Notes: generated from the letters alone by a model not told the origin. Positions 45,722 to 55,899 are shown, counted from the stretch's first letter. The stretch is DNA of 64,000 bases from Slackia sp. (GCA_020725885.1 DYEA01000008.1:72119-136118); one strand, 5' to 3'. Numbers and translations: made by a program.

Positions 45722-47890
45722 GTGGCACGCGGCGCTGACGAACGGCGAACCCACCAGCACATCCGGGCGCTCATGGCCCAGACGACCGACGCGCTTATCG
45801 CGGTCGGCCCCGACGGCGAGATCCGCATCTTCAACGAGACGGCAGAAGGGCTGCTCGGCAAGACGCGCGCGGAGATGGTCGGCCGCCACTTCACGGCGCT
45901 CGGGCTGCCCAAGGTCGAGCGCGCGGTCGAGACGCTGCTGCGCCCGCGCTCCAAGCGGCAGCCGCACACCGTCCGCCTCGCGCACGACGGGCGCCTCCTG
46001 CACGCCACCGTCGCGCCCTACATGTGCGGCGAGCGCCGCGCAGCCGTCGTCACCATCCGCGACGAGACGCCGCTCGAGCAGGCCCGCAAGAAGGCGGAAG
46101 CGATCCTCGCGAGCACGGGCGACGGGCTCATCGTCTTCGACCCGGAAGACGTCGTCACCTACATCAACCCCACCGCCTGCGCGTTCCTCGGCGTCAAGCC
46201 GCGCTCCGTGCTCGGGAAGCGCACCGACCTCGCCGAGCTGCTCGACCTCGTCACCGATGACGGCTACGACCCCGCCGTCGACGGGTCGCAGATCCGCGAG
46301 GTCCGGCTCGAGAAGCCGGCCCACCGCATCCTCGACGTCCGGACGGACCCCGTCCTCGACGAGCGCGGCATGTACCTCGGCTACGTCGCGACGCTGCACG
46401 ACGTCACGGCCGAGCGCGAAGTCAGCCAGATGAAGAACGAGTTCGTCTCGACGGTCTCGCACGAGCTGCGCACACCGCTCACCTCGATCAAGGGCTACGT
46501 CGACTTGATACTCGACGGCGAGGCCGGCGAGATCAACGAGATCCAGCGCGAGTTCCTGTCGATCGTCAAAGAGAACGCTGACCGGCTCGTCGACCTCATC
46601 AACGACATGCTCGACATCTCGCGCATCGAAAGCGGGCGGATCCACCTGAAGATCCAGCCCATCGACGTGCGCGACCTGGCGCTCGACGTAGCCGGCACCT
46701 TCGCGGCGGTTGCCGACCGCTCTGGCCACAAGATCGTCGTCAAGGTGCCCGACGACGTCCCTCGCGTCGCCGGCGACCGCGACCGTGTCGGACAGGTGCT
46801 CACGAACTTCGTCAGCAACGCCATCAAGTACTCGCCCGAGGGCGGCACCGTCACCATCCGGGCGAAGCACGAGGGCGACTTCGTGCAGGTCAGCATCACC
46901 GACCAGGGCATCGGCATCGAGAAGGAAGACCAGAAGAAGCTCTTCACGAAGTTCTACCGGGTGGACTCCACCCTCACCCGCGAGATCGGCGGCACCGGCC
47001 TCGGCCTGTCCATCTGCAAGAGCATCATCGAGCTCCTGGGCGGCCAAGTCGGCGTCCGGAGCAAGCCCGGCAAGGGCTCGACCTTCTACTTCACGCTGCC
47101 GGTCGCTCCGAAGGACCTCGTGCGCACACCAGGGCTCGAGGCCTCTGCGCTCGGCGGCAAGATCCTCGTCGTCGACCGCGACCCCGAGATCGCGAACCTC
47201 GTCGAGACCTACCTCACCAAGCAAGGATACGAGGTCGTGAAGGCGCACACCGCGCGGGAGGCGCTCGCCAAGGCGCAGAGCGAGGCGCCCCGCGTCATCA
47301 CGCTCGATGTGATGCTGGACGACGCGGACGGCTTCGACCTGCTGCAGGCGCTCAAAGACGACCCGCGCACCGCCGAGATCCCCGTGCTCGTGCTGTCGAT
47401 CGTCTGCGACGAGGGCCGCTCGTGCCGGCTCGGCGCCGCAGAGTACCTCGAGAAGCCGATCGACAAGCAGCGCCTGGTCGGCATCGTGAACGCGCTCGTG
47501 GGATCGGTAGCCGCGCCGGTCGTCCTCGTCGTCGACGACGACCGCAGCATCGTGAACGTGCTCCGCGACACCCTGAAGACCCGAGGGTACTCCATCGTTG
47601 CGGCGTACGACGGCGCCGAGGCGATGGCGGCGGTCCGCAAGCGCAAGCCGGACCTGATCCTGCTCGATCTCCAGATGCCGGTCATGGACGGGTACGAGGT
47701 CATCGAGGCCATCAAGACCGACCCTGACCTGAAGGACATCCCGATCGTCATCATGACCGCGTACCAGATCGACCGCTCGCGCATCGACATCCTCGGCATG
47801 GCCGAGCAGAAGGTCGACAAGCCGTTCTCCGCTGAAGAGCTCGTACGCCGCATCGAGGCGCTGCTTGCCGCAGAGGAGGCCGCGCAATGA
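45722..47890 (+). CDS. Hybrid sensor histidine kinase: PAS-PAS-HisKA-HATPase_c plus two C-terminal receiver (REC) domains
   Basis: GTG 45722 has GAAGGGGG upstream, and the track ORF start lies inside the tRNA. H-box VSTVSHELRTPLTSIKGY; N, G1, G2 boxes (GGTGLGLSICK). Two REC domains with the phospho-accepting D (LDVMLDD..., LDLQMPVMDG). Confidence 0.85.
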   Translation: MARGADERRTHQHIRALMAQTTDALIAVGPDGEIRIFNETAEGLLGKTRAEMVGRHFTALGLPKVERAVETLLRPRSKRQPHTVRLAHDGRLLHATVAPYMCGERRAAVVTIRDETPLEQARKKAEAILASTGDGLIVFDPEDVVTYINPTACAFLGVKPRSVLGKRTDLAELLDLVTDDGYDPAVDGSQIREVRLEKPAHRILDVRTDPVLDERGMYLGYVATLHDVTAEREVSQMKNEFVSTVSHELRTPLTSIKGYVDLILDGEAGEINEIQREFLSIVKENADRLVDLINDMLDISRIESGRIHLKIQPIDVRDLALDVAGTFAAVADRSGHKIVVKVPDDVPRVAGDRDRVGQVLTNFVSNAIKYSPEGGTVTIRAKHEGDFVQVSITDQGIGIEKEDQKKLFTKFYRVDSTLTREIGGTGLGLSICKSIIELLGGQVGVRSKPGKGSTFYFTLPVAPKDLVRTPGLEASALGGKILVVDRDPEIANLVETYLTKQGYEVVKAHTAREALAKAQSEAPRVITLDVMLDDADGFDLLQALKDDPRTAEIPVLVLSIVCDEGRSCRLGAAEYLEKPIDKQRLVGIVNALVGSVAAPVVLVVDDDRSIVNVLRDTLKTRGYSIVAAYDGAEAMAAVRKRKPDLILLDLQMPVMDGYEVIEAIKTDPDLKDIPIVIMTAYQIDRSRIDILGMAEQKVDKPFSAEELVRRIEALLAAEEAAQ

Positions 47891-48255
47891 GCCGCATCCT
47901 CGTCGCCGACGACGAGCCGCACATCCTCAAGTTGGTGAGCTTCACGTTGAGCAACCACGGGCACGAGGTGCTCACTGTGACTGACGGCAAAGCGGCCGTT
48001 GAGGCCGCAGAGCGCGAGCGGCCCGATCTTGTCTTGCTCGACGTGATGATGCCGGAGATGAACGGGTACGAGGCGGCGCGGCTGATCAAGGAGAATCCCG
48101 CGACGAAGGACATCCCCGTGGTGATGCTGTCGGCGAAGTCCCAGCAGTACGAGATCCGGCAAGGACTCGATTGCGGCGCGGAGGACTACGTCTGCAAGCC
48201 GTTCACTCCACGGGCGTTGCTCGAGAAGGTCGATGAGATCCTGCGACAGAGGTGA
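47887..48255 (+). CDS. Stand-alone CheY-like receiver protein 1
   Basis: ILVADDEP...LLDVMMPEMNG...K (the DD...D...K receiver signature). The ATGA start overlaps the kinase stop. Confidence 0.85.
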   Translation: MSRILVADDEPHILKLVSFTLSNHGHEVLTVTDGKAAVEAAERERPDLVLLDVMMPEMNGYEAARLIKENPATKDIPVVMLSAKSQQYEIRQGLDCGAEDYVCKPFTPRALLEKVDEILRQR

Positions 48256-48270
48256 AGGAAGGGGCCGGCC

Positions 48271-48720
48271 ATGAAAGCGAAGATCCTGGTCGTCGACGAC
48301 GAGCCGAACATCCAGAAGCTGCTCACGGTGGCGCTGACGAACCGCGGTCACGAGGTGGTGACCGCGTCCAACGGCGTCGAGGCGCTCGCGATGGTCGAGA
48401 CAGAGGAGCCGGATCTCGTCGTCCTCGACGTGATGATGCCCAAGATGGACGGCCATCAGGTACGAGAGGAGATCCGGCGGCGCGGCAACCAGGTGCCGAT
48501 CCTCTTCCTGTCGGCAGCGGGCACGTTCGAAGAGCAAGTCGAGCAGATGAAAGACGAGAACGTCGACTACATCCCGAAGCCGTTCAAGCCGGCTGAGGTG
48601 GCCGACCACATCGAGGCGATGCTCGACCCTGCCCGCCGCGCCGAGTTCGAGCGCGAACGTCACCGCCGCGAGGCGAAGCTGCACACGATCGTCAACATCA
48701 TGCACCGGGATCGAGAGTAG
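48271..48720 (+). CDS. Stand-alone receiver protein 2 with a C-terminal charged tail
   Basis: ILVVDDEPNIQ...VLDVMMPKMDG...IPKPF. Confidence 0.85.
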   Translation: MKAKILVVDDEPNIQKLLTVALTNRGHEVVTASNGVEALAMVETEEPDLVVLDVMMPKMDGHQVREEIRRRGNQVPILFLSAAGTFEEQVEQMKDENVDYIPKPFKPAEVADHIEAMLDPARRAEFERERHRREAKLHTIVNIMHRDRE

Positions 48721-48752
48721 GCGCGTTCGAGCGTCACGAGGGAGGGGCGCCC

Positions 48753-49124
48753 GTGACGGCAAGAAGGGTCCTCATCGCCGACGACAACCTGCAGATACGG
48801 ATGCTCGTGAAGGCCGCGCTCCGGTCGCTCGACTGCGAGATAGCAGAAGCGGTCGACGGCGAGCAGGCGCTGGAGGCGGCTGTCACCGACCCGCCCGACC
48901 TGCTGCTTCTTGACGTGACGATGCCGAAACTGGACGGATTCGAGGTGCTCGCGTTCCTCCGGAAGCGCCCCGAGACGGCGTCGTTGAAAGTGGTGATGCT
49001 CACCACCGCCGGCCAGAAGACCGACTTGCAGCGCGGCGTCGAGCTCGGCTGCGACGACTACGTGGTCAAGCCGTTCGAGCCCCGGGCGCTTCGTGAGACG
49101 GTCGAACGGGTGCTGGATTCCTGA
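48753..49124 (+). CDS. Stand-alone CheY-like receiver protein 3
   Basis: GTG start follows GAGGGAGGGG. VLIADDNLQIR...LLDVTMPKLDG...VVKPF. Confidence 0.85.
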   Translation: MTARRVLIADDNLQIRMLVKAALRSLDCEIAEAVDGEQALEAAVTDPPDLLLLDVTMPKLDGFEVLAFLRKRPETASLKVVMLTTAGQKTDLQRGVELGCDDYVVKPFEPRALRETVERVLDS

Positions 49125-49204
49125 CATCAAGTCTTGTCAATGTGAGAGCAGTCACATAGAGTGAGCAGCGTGCTCTGACGAGTCCATCGTCGCGAGGGGG
49201 AGCC

Positions 49205-50362
49205 GTGAGGACTGATATGCTGCTGGGTCGGCGCCTGAGGGGCGCCGCTATCGTTTCCGCATGTCTCCTTGCATTCTGCGTCGGCGTCGCGCCTTCGGCC
49301 TATGCGTTCGACGAGACGACCTCCACCTACACCCCCGGCGTCGGCTGCGCGGACTGCCACAACCCGAACGGCACCACCGGCACCGGCACCCGAGTCGGCC
49401 CGCACTCAGGTTACAGCGCATCCACGGCCGCATGCGAGTGCTGCCACACGGTCCACGACGCGCCCACTGCGAACAAGCTGCTCCCAGGCGAGACCATCAA
49501 GTCGACCTGCTTCACCTGCCACGACGGCACGACGACGCAGGGCCAGGGCGTGTACGGAGCGATCGAAGCTCGGGGCGCCAGCGTCGGAGCACAGCACCGC
49601 ATCGAGACGACGAGCGTCGTGCCTGGCGGCAGTGCGACCACAGGCGGCAGCGCCACGATGGCGTTTTCTGGCCCGAACCAGACGCTGACGTGCTCGGATT
49701 GTCATTCGCCGCATGGGCGCAACCTCGTCACGCCGTTCCTGGGCGAGCGCCAGCGCTCGTACTGGTTCCAGCGCGATTACCACGGCCTGCTCACGGTGCA
49801 GGTCCAGAGCCGCCTGCTCAAGCAGCGGCCAGGCGGCGTCGCGACGGCCGTGCCGGAGTACGGCTCAGACTGGTGCCTCGCATGCCATGCCGGCCGCGCG
49901 TCCGGCCTCCCGACCACGCACAACCACCCCGTCGAATCGCTGCTCACCACGACGAATCCGGCGAACTACCGGGCGGCCGCCATCGTTTCGGCGGGACCTG
50001 GCCCCACGAGCCAGACCACGATCGGCCCGATGGGCATCAACACCAAGGTCGTGGGCTACAACCGCGGCTACCTGTGGCCGTATCCCCGGACCGGTGCGCA
50101 GGCCGGACGGTACCCGATCTGCCAGCAGTGCCACGAGGACTTGCGCTACGTCGGCGAGCTCACCACGGCAGGACTGCCCGCGCAGGCGATACCGTCGACC
50201 GCGACCGTCACCTCTCCTGACGGCCGCACGGCCTCCGACAACCCGCGGTTCCAGAACTTCCCCCACGAGACGCTGGGCTATCGGATGCTCGTGGAAGCGA
50301 CCACGACCGCCTATAGCGACGACCTCTGCCTCAACTGCCACCCGATCCTGCAGCTGCCGTAG
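49205..50362 (+). CDS. Secreted heptaheme c-type cytochrome (paralog 2)
   Basis: GTG start follows GAGGGGGAG. Signal peptide ...APSAYA|FDETT. Seven CxxCH motifs (CADCH, CECCH, CFTCH, CSDCH, CLACH, CQQCH, CLNCH). The C-terminus is ~85-90% nucleotide-identical to paralogs 1 and 3. Confidence 0.85.
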   Translation: MRTDMLLGRRLRGAAIVSACLLAFCVGVAPSAYAFDETTSTYTPGVGCADCHNPNGTTGTGTRVGPHSGYSASTAACECCHTVHDAPTANKLLPGETIKSTCFTCHDGTTTQGQGVYGAIEARGASVGAQHRIETTSVVPGGSATTGGSATMAFSGPNQTLTCSDCHSPHGRNLVTPFLGERQRSYWFQRDYHGLLTVQVQSRLLKQRPGGVATAVPEYGSDWCLACHAGRASGLPTTHNHPVESLLTTTNPANYRAAAIVSAGPGPTSQTTIGPMGINTKVVGYNRGYLWPYPRTGAQAGRYPICQQCHEDLRYVGELTTAGLPAQAIPSTATVTSPDGRTASDNPRFQNFPHETLGYRMLVEATTTAYSDDLCLNCHPILQLP

Positions 50363-50435
50363 AGCCAGACGCGCGATTGACAGGGCAGGCCCCTCCCGCT
50401 AATCTCCGCTCATATTGCCTGCTTGAGGGGGTTCC

Positions 50436-51617
50436 GTGGCTCGCACGCGAAGGCTCGCAACGTTCGCTTCGCTCTTCCTCGCGCTTGCACTCCTGCCTGC
50501 AGCGGCACACGCATTCGACGAATCCACGACGACGCCACCCGCACAAGCGAGCCCGTTCCCGTGCGACCGGTGCCACCGCTGGGGCCAGCCCACCAGGTGG
50601 CCGACCGACCCTGCGTGCTCTCGGTGCCACAATCCTGGAGCGATCGTCGCCTACGGCCCCAGCCTGGACTACGTCGGCACCGGCCCACACGGCGGCTACA
50701 TGGCGGCCAGCAGCGGCTGCCAAGCGTGCCACATGGTCCACGACGCGACGTCAAGCGACAGCCTCCTTCCCGGGCAGACGATCCGCGACACCTGCTTCAC
50801 GTGCCACGACGGCACGCAGGGCCAGGGCGTCTACGGCGCGATCGCCGCGCGCGGGCTGCCCGTCGGCGGTCAGCACCGCGTTGAGACGACCTCTGTCGTC
50901 CCCGGCGGAAACGCCTCCACGGGCGGGAGCGCCACGATGACGTTCTCGGGCCAAGGCGGCACGCTCACCTGCTCCGATTGCCACTCCCCACACGGGAACA
51001 ACGCCGTCGGCGCCTACTCGTCCGAATATCGGCCGCGCACCGACTGGTTCTTGGATCTGCTGCCGGGGCACTCGGTGAACCTCGATCCGGATCTGCTCCC
51101 CGACGACGTCCCGCCGTTCACCACCAAGCTGCTGAAGCAGCAGCCTGGGGGGACGACCGCGACTCCGGTCGCCTCCTACGGCTCCGACTGGTGCCTCGCG
51201 TGCCACAAGGGGCGGGCCTCTGGGATGAGCGGCGTCGCGAACCACCCCGTGGAATCGGTCCTGACCACGACGATCGCGTACAAGCGCAGCTGGTCATGGC
51301 GGCAAGAAGCGGACAACAACATGTTCCTGTGGCAGTATCCGCGCACCGGTGACATCAGACGAGAAGGCCAGTTCCCGATCTGCCAGCAGTGCCACGAAGA
51401 CACGCGGTACGTCGGCACCCTGAGCGCCGACGGCACGGCAAGACAAGCTACGGCCTATACCGTGACCGCTGCCGACGGCAAGTCTGCGATCGACAACCCG
51501 CGGTTCCAGAACTTCCCCCACGAGACGACGGGCTATCGTCTGCTCGTAGAGGCGACCACGACCGCGTACAGCGACGACTTGTGCCTCAACTGCCACCCGC
51601 TCCAGCAGCTGCCGTAG
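50436..51617 (+). CDS. Secreted octaheme c-type cytochrome (paralog 3)
   Basis: GTG start follows GAGGGGG. Signal peptide ...AAAHA|FDEST. Eight CxxCH motifs (CDRCH, CSRCH, CQACH, CFTCH, CSDCH, CLACH, CQQCH, CLNCH). Confidence 0.85.
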   Translation: MARTRRLATFASLFLALALLPAAAHAFDESTTTPPAQASPFPCDRCHRWGQPTRWPTDPACSRCHNPGAIVAYGPSLDYVGTGPHGGYMAASSGCQACHMVHDATSSDSLLPGQTIRDTCFTCHDGTQGQGVYGAIAARGLPVGGQHRVETTSVVPGGNASTGGSATMTFSGQGGTLTCSDCHSPHGNNAVGAYSSEYRPRTDWFLDLLPGHSVNLDPDLLPDDVPPFTTKLLKQQPGGTTATPVASYGSDWCLACHKGRASGMSGVANHPVESVLTTTIAYKRSWSWRQEADNNMFLWQYPRTGDIRREGQFPICQQCHEDTRYVGTLSADGTARQATAYTVTAADGKSAIDNPRFQNFPHETTGYRLLVEATTTAYSDDLCLNCHPLQQLP

Positions 51618-51639
51618 GCGGCGCCGCGGCCAAGAGGCT

Positions 51640-52413
51640 TCAGCCCTGGTCTGCGGTCTGCGCTCCGGCACGCGTCCACCGGCACAGACGGGCTTCTAGG
51701 ATCTCGAGCGCCTCGTAGATCGCCACGCCGAGGAGGGCCATCACGACGATGCCGGCGAACATCTCCGCATAGGAGATGCGCGTCCAGGCATCCATGATGA
51801 ACCAGCCCAGCCCGTCGGTGCCCGCCACCGTCTCCGAGAAGAACAGCACCGCGATAGCCGTGCCGGTGCTTATGCGAAGCGCGGTGAAGACGTCGGGGAG
51901 CACCGCTGGAACCACCACGTGGTGGAGCACCTGGCGGCGAGAGGCGCCGAGGGAGCGGATCGAGAGCACAGCCGAGGGCGGGATGCCGCGAGCGGCGTCG
52001 CGCGCGGTCACGAGGATCTGGAAGAACACGATGAGCGCGATCAGCGCGACTTTCGGGCCGTCCCCGATGCCGAAGAGCACGAGCAGCACCGGCAAGAAGA
52101 CCACCTTCGGCACCGGATACGCCAGGAAGACGAGCGGCCCGGCGACCGCGTCCAGCCGGCGCGAACGCCCCATCACGAGCCCCGCAGGCGCGCCAAGCAC
52201 CAAGCCCAACGCCGTCGCCACGAGCACGCGCCACGCGCTGACCCCGAGGTGCCGCAGCAAGTCCTCGCCGAGCGCCGCCGTCAACGCTCGCGCCGTGTCG
52301 ACGGGCGACGGCAGCGCCCGGGTGCCGAGCGCGGAGGCCGCAATCTGCCAGCCGACGAGCACGAGGACCGTAGCCGTCGCATAGCCGCGCACCCGGGACG
52401 AGCCCCGCTTCAC
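51640..52413 (-). CDS. ABC transporter permease (NitT/TauT sulfonate/nitrate/bicarbonate family)
   Basis: GTG (V85 of the track ORF) overlaps the ATPase stop (GTGA). Six TM helices and an EAA-like loop. The upstream 84 codons of the track ORF were rejected. Confidence 0.8.
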   Translation of the reverse strand: MKRGSSRVRGYATATVLVLVGWQIAASALGTRALPSPVDTARALTAALGEDLLRHLGVSAWRVLVATALGLVLGAPAGLVMGRSRRLDAVAGPLVFLAYPVPKVVFLPVLLVLFGIGDGPKVALIALIVFFQILVTARDAARGIPPSAVLSIRSLGASRRQVLHHVVVPAVLPDVFTALRISTGTAIAVLFFSETVAGTDGLGWFIMDAWTRISYAEMFAGIVVMALLGVAIYEALEILEARLCRWTRAGAQTADQG

Positions 52414-53201
52414 GCCTCCGCCCTCGCGCCGTCCATGCGCTCGTGCGCGAGCGCCCCTTCGGACTCGAGCATGCGGCGCAGCGCGACGCACCGGTGCAAG
52501 AAGGTCTCCGTGGCCCGGTACGTCCGTTCGCCCATCTCCGGGTTCTCGAGCACGGCCGCCACCCGGCCGGGCCGCGGCGTCATCACCACGATGCGCTTGC
52601 CCAGGAACACGGCCTCTTCGATCGAGTGCGTCACGAGGACCTGCGTGTGCCGGCGCTGCAGCCACAGGTCGAGCAGCAGGTCCTGCAGGTCCTCACGAGT
52701 GAGCGCGTCGAGCGCCGAGAGCGGCTCGTCCATGAGGAGCACGTCGGCCTCCAGCGCAAGCGCTCGGGCGAGCGCGACTCTTTGACGCATGCCGCCAGAG
52801 AGCTCGGCCGGGTACGCGTGCCCGAAGCCTGAGAGGCCGAGCCGATCGAGCACGCGGGAGACGGCTCCACGCCGCTGCGCCGCATCGACCCCGCGGATCT
52901 CAAGACCCAGGCCCGCGTTCTGCTCAACCGTCTTCCACGGAAGCAGGCCGAGGTCTTGCAGAACGAGCGCCGTCCGCATCCGCGGGCCGACCACGGACTC
53001 TCCGGCGACGCGCACGGCTCCAGCGCTTGGCGCGATGAGCCCGGCGAGCGCGAGCAGCAGCGTCGACTTCCCGCACCCCGAAGGCCCGATGATCGCGATC
53101 GGTTCGCCTTCAGCCACCTGCAGGTCGAGGCCGTCGAGCGCCACCACAGGCGCTGCGCCTGGGTACGTTACCCTGAGCCCCTCGACCTCGACCTCCGCCA
53201 C
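52410..53201 (-). CDS. ABC transporter ATP-binding protein (NitT/TauT family)
   Basis: Walker A GPSGCGKST, signature LSGGMRQRVALARAL, Walker B LLMDEPLSALD. Confidence 0.9.
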   Translation of the reverse strand: MAEVEVEGLRVTYPGAAPVVALDGLDLQVAEGEPIAIIGPSGCGKSTLLLALAGLIAPSAGAVRVAGESVVGPRMRTALVLQDLGLLPWKTVEQNAGLGLEIRGVDAAQRRGAVSRVLDRLGLSGFGHAYPAELSGGMRQRVALARALALEADVLLMDEPLSALDALTREDLQDLLLDLWLQRRHTQVLVTHSIEEAVFLGKRIVVMTPRPGRVAAVLENPEMGERTYRATETFLHRCVALRRMLESEGALAHERMDGARAEA

Positions 53202-53211
53202 GGAAGCGCGC

Positions 53212-54207
53212 CTACCTCGGGATGTCTTGCACCAGGTCCGCGTACGCGAGGTCCGCCTTCAGCAGCCCCTTCTGCCGCATCCACTCCAGCACGGGAGCGA
53301 CCATCTCCTCGGTCGGCTGCTGCGCCTTGGGGTACTCGTTGACCGCGTAGGTGTCTTTGATCGGCTCTGGAAGCCGCGCCTTCTCCACCAGCAGCGCCCG
53401 CCAGGCGTCCGGATCCGCGTTCACGACGTCGACCGCCTCGTCCCACACGTCCAGCAGACAGCCCACCGTCACCATGCCGCCCGGTATCGCCAAGTACTTG
53501 TCCGACACGCCGAGCACGGTCTGGGTGATGTTCTCGCCCTTCGTGTCATCGGCGAGCAGGACCGCCCCCTGCTTCTCGGCGAGCGTGAGCAGCGGCTCGG
53601 GCAACGCAGCCGCCTCGAGCTTGCCGCTCATCAAGAGCTCGAGCCGCACGGGGACTTTCGGCACGACCTCCTTCTTGACCTCGGCCGCCGGAACGCCGGC
53701 GCCGGCCATCAGCTTGTCGACCACGTACTCTTGGATGGACGCCGTCGAGGTGCCGATCGGCACGCCGGCGAGGTCGGCAAGCGACGTGGCCTTCGACCCC
53801 GGCTTCGCGACGATGCCGAACCGGCCTTGCGCCGGCGTCGCGCCGAGCATCACCGTGACGAGCGAGACCGGCGAGCCGCCCGCTTCCAGCGCCGCCGACG
53901 CGATGATGTCGCCCATGTAGGCGTCGATCGAGCCCGACGCGAAGGCCGCGTCGCGCTCCTGCGCCGCCTGGAACGTCACGATCTCGACCGTGATGCCTGC
54001 CTTCTCGAACAACCCCTGCTGCTCGGCAACCCACAGCGGCAGCGAGTCCTCCGTCGGCAGCACGCCGATGCGGATCGGCTCTGGCTCCGCGTCGAGCGGT
54101 TGGCCGCCCTCAGCGGGCCGCTGGTCCTTCGCGCAGCCGCCGACCCCGGCCGCCGTCAGTCCGGCAAGCGCGATCGCGAGCACGACGCACATCCACCGCT
54201 TCTTCAC
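53212..54207 (-). CDS. ABC transporter substrate-binding lipoprotein (NMT1/SsuA-like)
   Basis: GTG start has an AAGGAGG RBS. The product VKKRWMCVVLAIALAGLTAAGVGGC has a lipobox. The upstream 148 codons of the track ORF were rejected. Confidence 0.8.
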   Translation of the reverse strand: MKKRWMCVVLAIALAGLTAAGVGGCAKDQRPAEGGQPLDAEPEPIRIGVLPTEDSLPLWVAEQQGLFEKAGITVEIVTFQAAQERDAAFASGSIDAYMGDIIASAALEAGGSPVSLVTVMLGATPAQGRFGIVAKPGSKATSLADLAGVPIGTSTASIQEYVVDKLMAGAGVPAAEVKKEVVPKVPVRLELLMSGKLEAAALPEPLLTLAEKQGAVLLADDTKGENITQTVLGVSDKYLAIPGGMVTVGCLLDVWDEAVDVVNADPDAWRALLVEKARLPEPIKDTYAVNEYPKAQQPTEEMVAPVLEWMRQKGLLKADLAYADLVQDIPR

Positions 54208-54242
54208 AGACGTCCTCCTTCGGATCGGCTCGTCCGGCTTCG

Positions 54243-54857
54243 CTAGCACACCGGACGGCGCAGCCGTAGCTCGTCGCGCACCGGGATACTGGCGAACCCC
54301 GGAACCACCTCGCCGTGGTGGTCCACCATCTCGCCAGCGACCATCTCGTACAGCACGAAGCCGCGCCTCTGGTAGAAGTACAGCGCGGGGATGTCGTCGT
54401 TGGTCGTGGCGACCTTGATGAACGGCAGCCGTCGGGACCGGGCCTCTTCGACCGCCGCCTCGACGAGCGCGGCCCCTACGCCGCTGCCCTGATACCGCGG
54501 ATACACCGTCAGCAGCACGATTGCGAGCTCGCCCTTGTCGATCGCGAGCGAGATGAGCCCGGCGAAGCCGTCCTCGGCGATGGCGACCAGGTTGTCGCAG
54601 GCGAGCACGTCGAAGGTGCGGCCGAACACGTCGATCTCGGTCTCGCCCCACGCTTGGTCGCAGATCGCCTCGATGTCATGCCGATCCGACGGCACAGCCG
54701 GCCGGATCTCGAACGCGACCTCAGGAGCGCTCGCCCGGTGCTGCTCGCACGTCACAGACATGTGGGTCTCTCCGAGCGGCAGCTCCTCGCCGCACAGCGC
54801 GCACCGGTACTGCGGATACGGCACCTCCACGGGACCGCTCTCGTCCGTGGGAACCAT
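54243..54857 (-). CDS. GNAT-family N-acetyltransferase with an N-terminal Cys-rich segment
   Basis: ATG 54857 has AAGGAGG 5 nt upstream. The acetyl-CoA site is RYQGSGVGAALV. Confidence 0.75.
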   Translation of the reverse strand: MVPTDESGPVEVPYPQYRCALCGEELPLGETHMSVTCEQHRASAPEVAFEIRPAVPSDRHDIEAICDQAWGETEIDVFGRTFDVLACDNLVAIAEDGFAGLISLAIDKGELAIVLLTVYPRYQGSGVGAALVEAAVEEARSRRLPFIKVATTNDDIPALYFYQRRGFVLYEMVAGEMVDHHGEVVPGFASIPVRDELRLRRPVC

Positions 54858-54962
54858 GCGACCTCCTTCGGGCTGATGCCGGTCTGCCCCATTATAGCCG
54901 CCGCTACCGCAGGAGCGCGGGCTCAGGTAGTGTAGGCGCGACGGACGTTCGGAAGGAGCGGC

Positions 54963-55850
54963 ATGGCCACCGTACCTGTGCTCGGCGCAGAGCATGCAGA
55001 CGTCCTCGCGCGCGCACGGATCCTGTTCACCGACGTCGACGGCACGCTCGTCGGCCCTGGCGGCACGCTGCTCGCTGATGCTGACGGCCGCCCGTCGACG
55101 CGGACGGCCGAGGCCGTCGTCGCCGTGAACCGCGCCGCCCTGCCGGTCGTCATCACCACGGGCCGGAACCGCATGCAGACCGCCGAGATCTCTCGTCTCG
55201 TCGGCTGGCGCGCGTTCATCGCCGAGTTGGGCTGCGTCGTCCAGTTCGACCGCTCCGAGGAGCCGGCTCTCCTCGCCGGCGACTGGCCTTCCGACGCGCT
55301 CATGCCTGGCGAAACGCCGTGGCAGGCGATCATGCGCGCAGGCGCGCTCGACGCGCTCTCGCAGGCATTCCCTGGGCGCATCGAGGAGCACGCGCCCTGG
55401 CACGTCGACCGCTACGCGACGCACGTGCTTCGGGGCAACGTCGACGTCCACGAAGCACAGCGCCTGCTCGACGAGCTGCCGCTGCCCATCGACATCGTCG
55501 ACAACGGCGTCATCCGGCCGCCCCGGCACACGCTCGTCGACGTCGAGGAGATCCACGCGTACCACCTCGTCCCGCGCGGCGCGAGCAAGACCCGGGCGAT
55601 CCGGCTGGTGCTGGACCGCTTCGGGCTGGAGCCCCAGCACGCTCTCGCCATCGGCGACTCCGCGAGCGACGTCGAGATGGCCGACGCCGTGGCGCTGCTC
55701 GTGCTCGTGGCCAACGCGCTTGAAGACGAGCGTGTGCGCAAGGCCGTCTCTGGCCGTGACAACGTCGCCGTCACCCGAGGCCGGCGCGGAGACGGCTGGG
55801 CGGAGCTCGCTTCCGCGTGGCTGGAGGCCCGCTCGGGCCGCACAGCGTGA
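54963..55850 (+). CDS. HAD-superfamily (IIB/Cof-like) phosphatase
   Basis: FTDVDGTL motif I, TGR motif II, GDSASD motif III. RBS GGAAGGAG. Confidence 0.8.
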   Translation: MATVPVLGAEHADVLARARILFTDVDGTLVGPGGTLLADADGRPSTRTAEAVVAVNRAALPVVITTGRNRMQTAEISRLVGWRAFIAELGCVVQFDRSEEPALLAGDWPSDALMPGETPWQAIMRAGALDALSQAFPGRIEEHAPWHVDRYATHVLRGNVDVHEAQRLLDELPLPIDIVDNGVIRPPRHTLVDVEEIHAYHLVPRGASKTRAIRLVLDRFGLEPQHALAIGDSASDVEMADAVALLVLVANALEDERVRKAVSGRDNVAVTRGRRGDGWAELASAWLEARSGRTA

Positions 55851-55869
55851 CGCTTTTCTCGCGTATGCA

Positions 55870-55899
55870 TTGCGCGGCCCGCGCACGCAGGGCTACAAT
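55870..55899 (+). promoter_or_regulatory. Putative promoter for the M-box/mgtE transcript (-35 TTGCGC, 18-nt spacer, -10 TACAAT)
   Basis: Hexamers at 55870-55875 and 55894-55899, about 50 nt upstream of the riboswitch aptamer. Confidence 0.4.

Noticed and set aside
52414-55886. N-terminal extensions of the minus ORFs 51640-52665, 53212-54651 and 54243-55886
   Set aside because: The extensions are R/G-rich with no similarity, and they overlap neighbouring genes. Internal GTG/ATG starts with good RBS and overlap coupling (GTGA) give canonical protein N-termini (permease, lipoprotein signal, GNAT).
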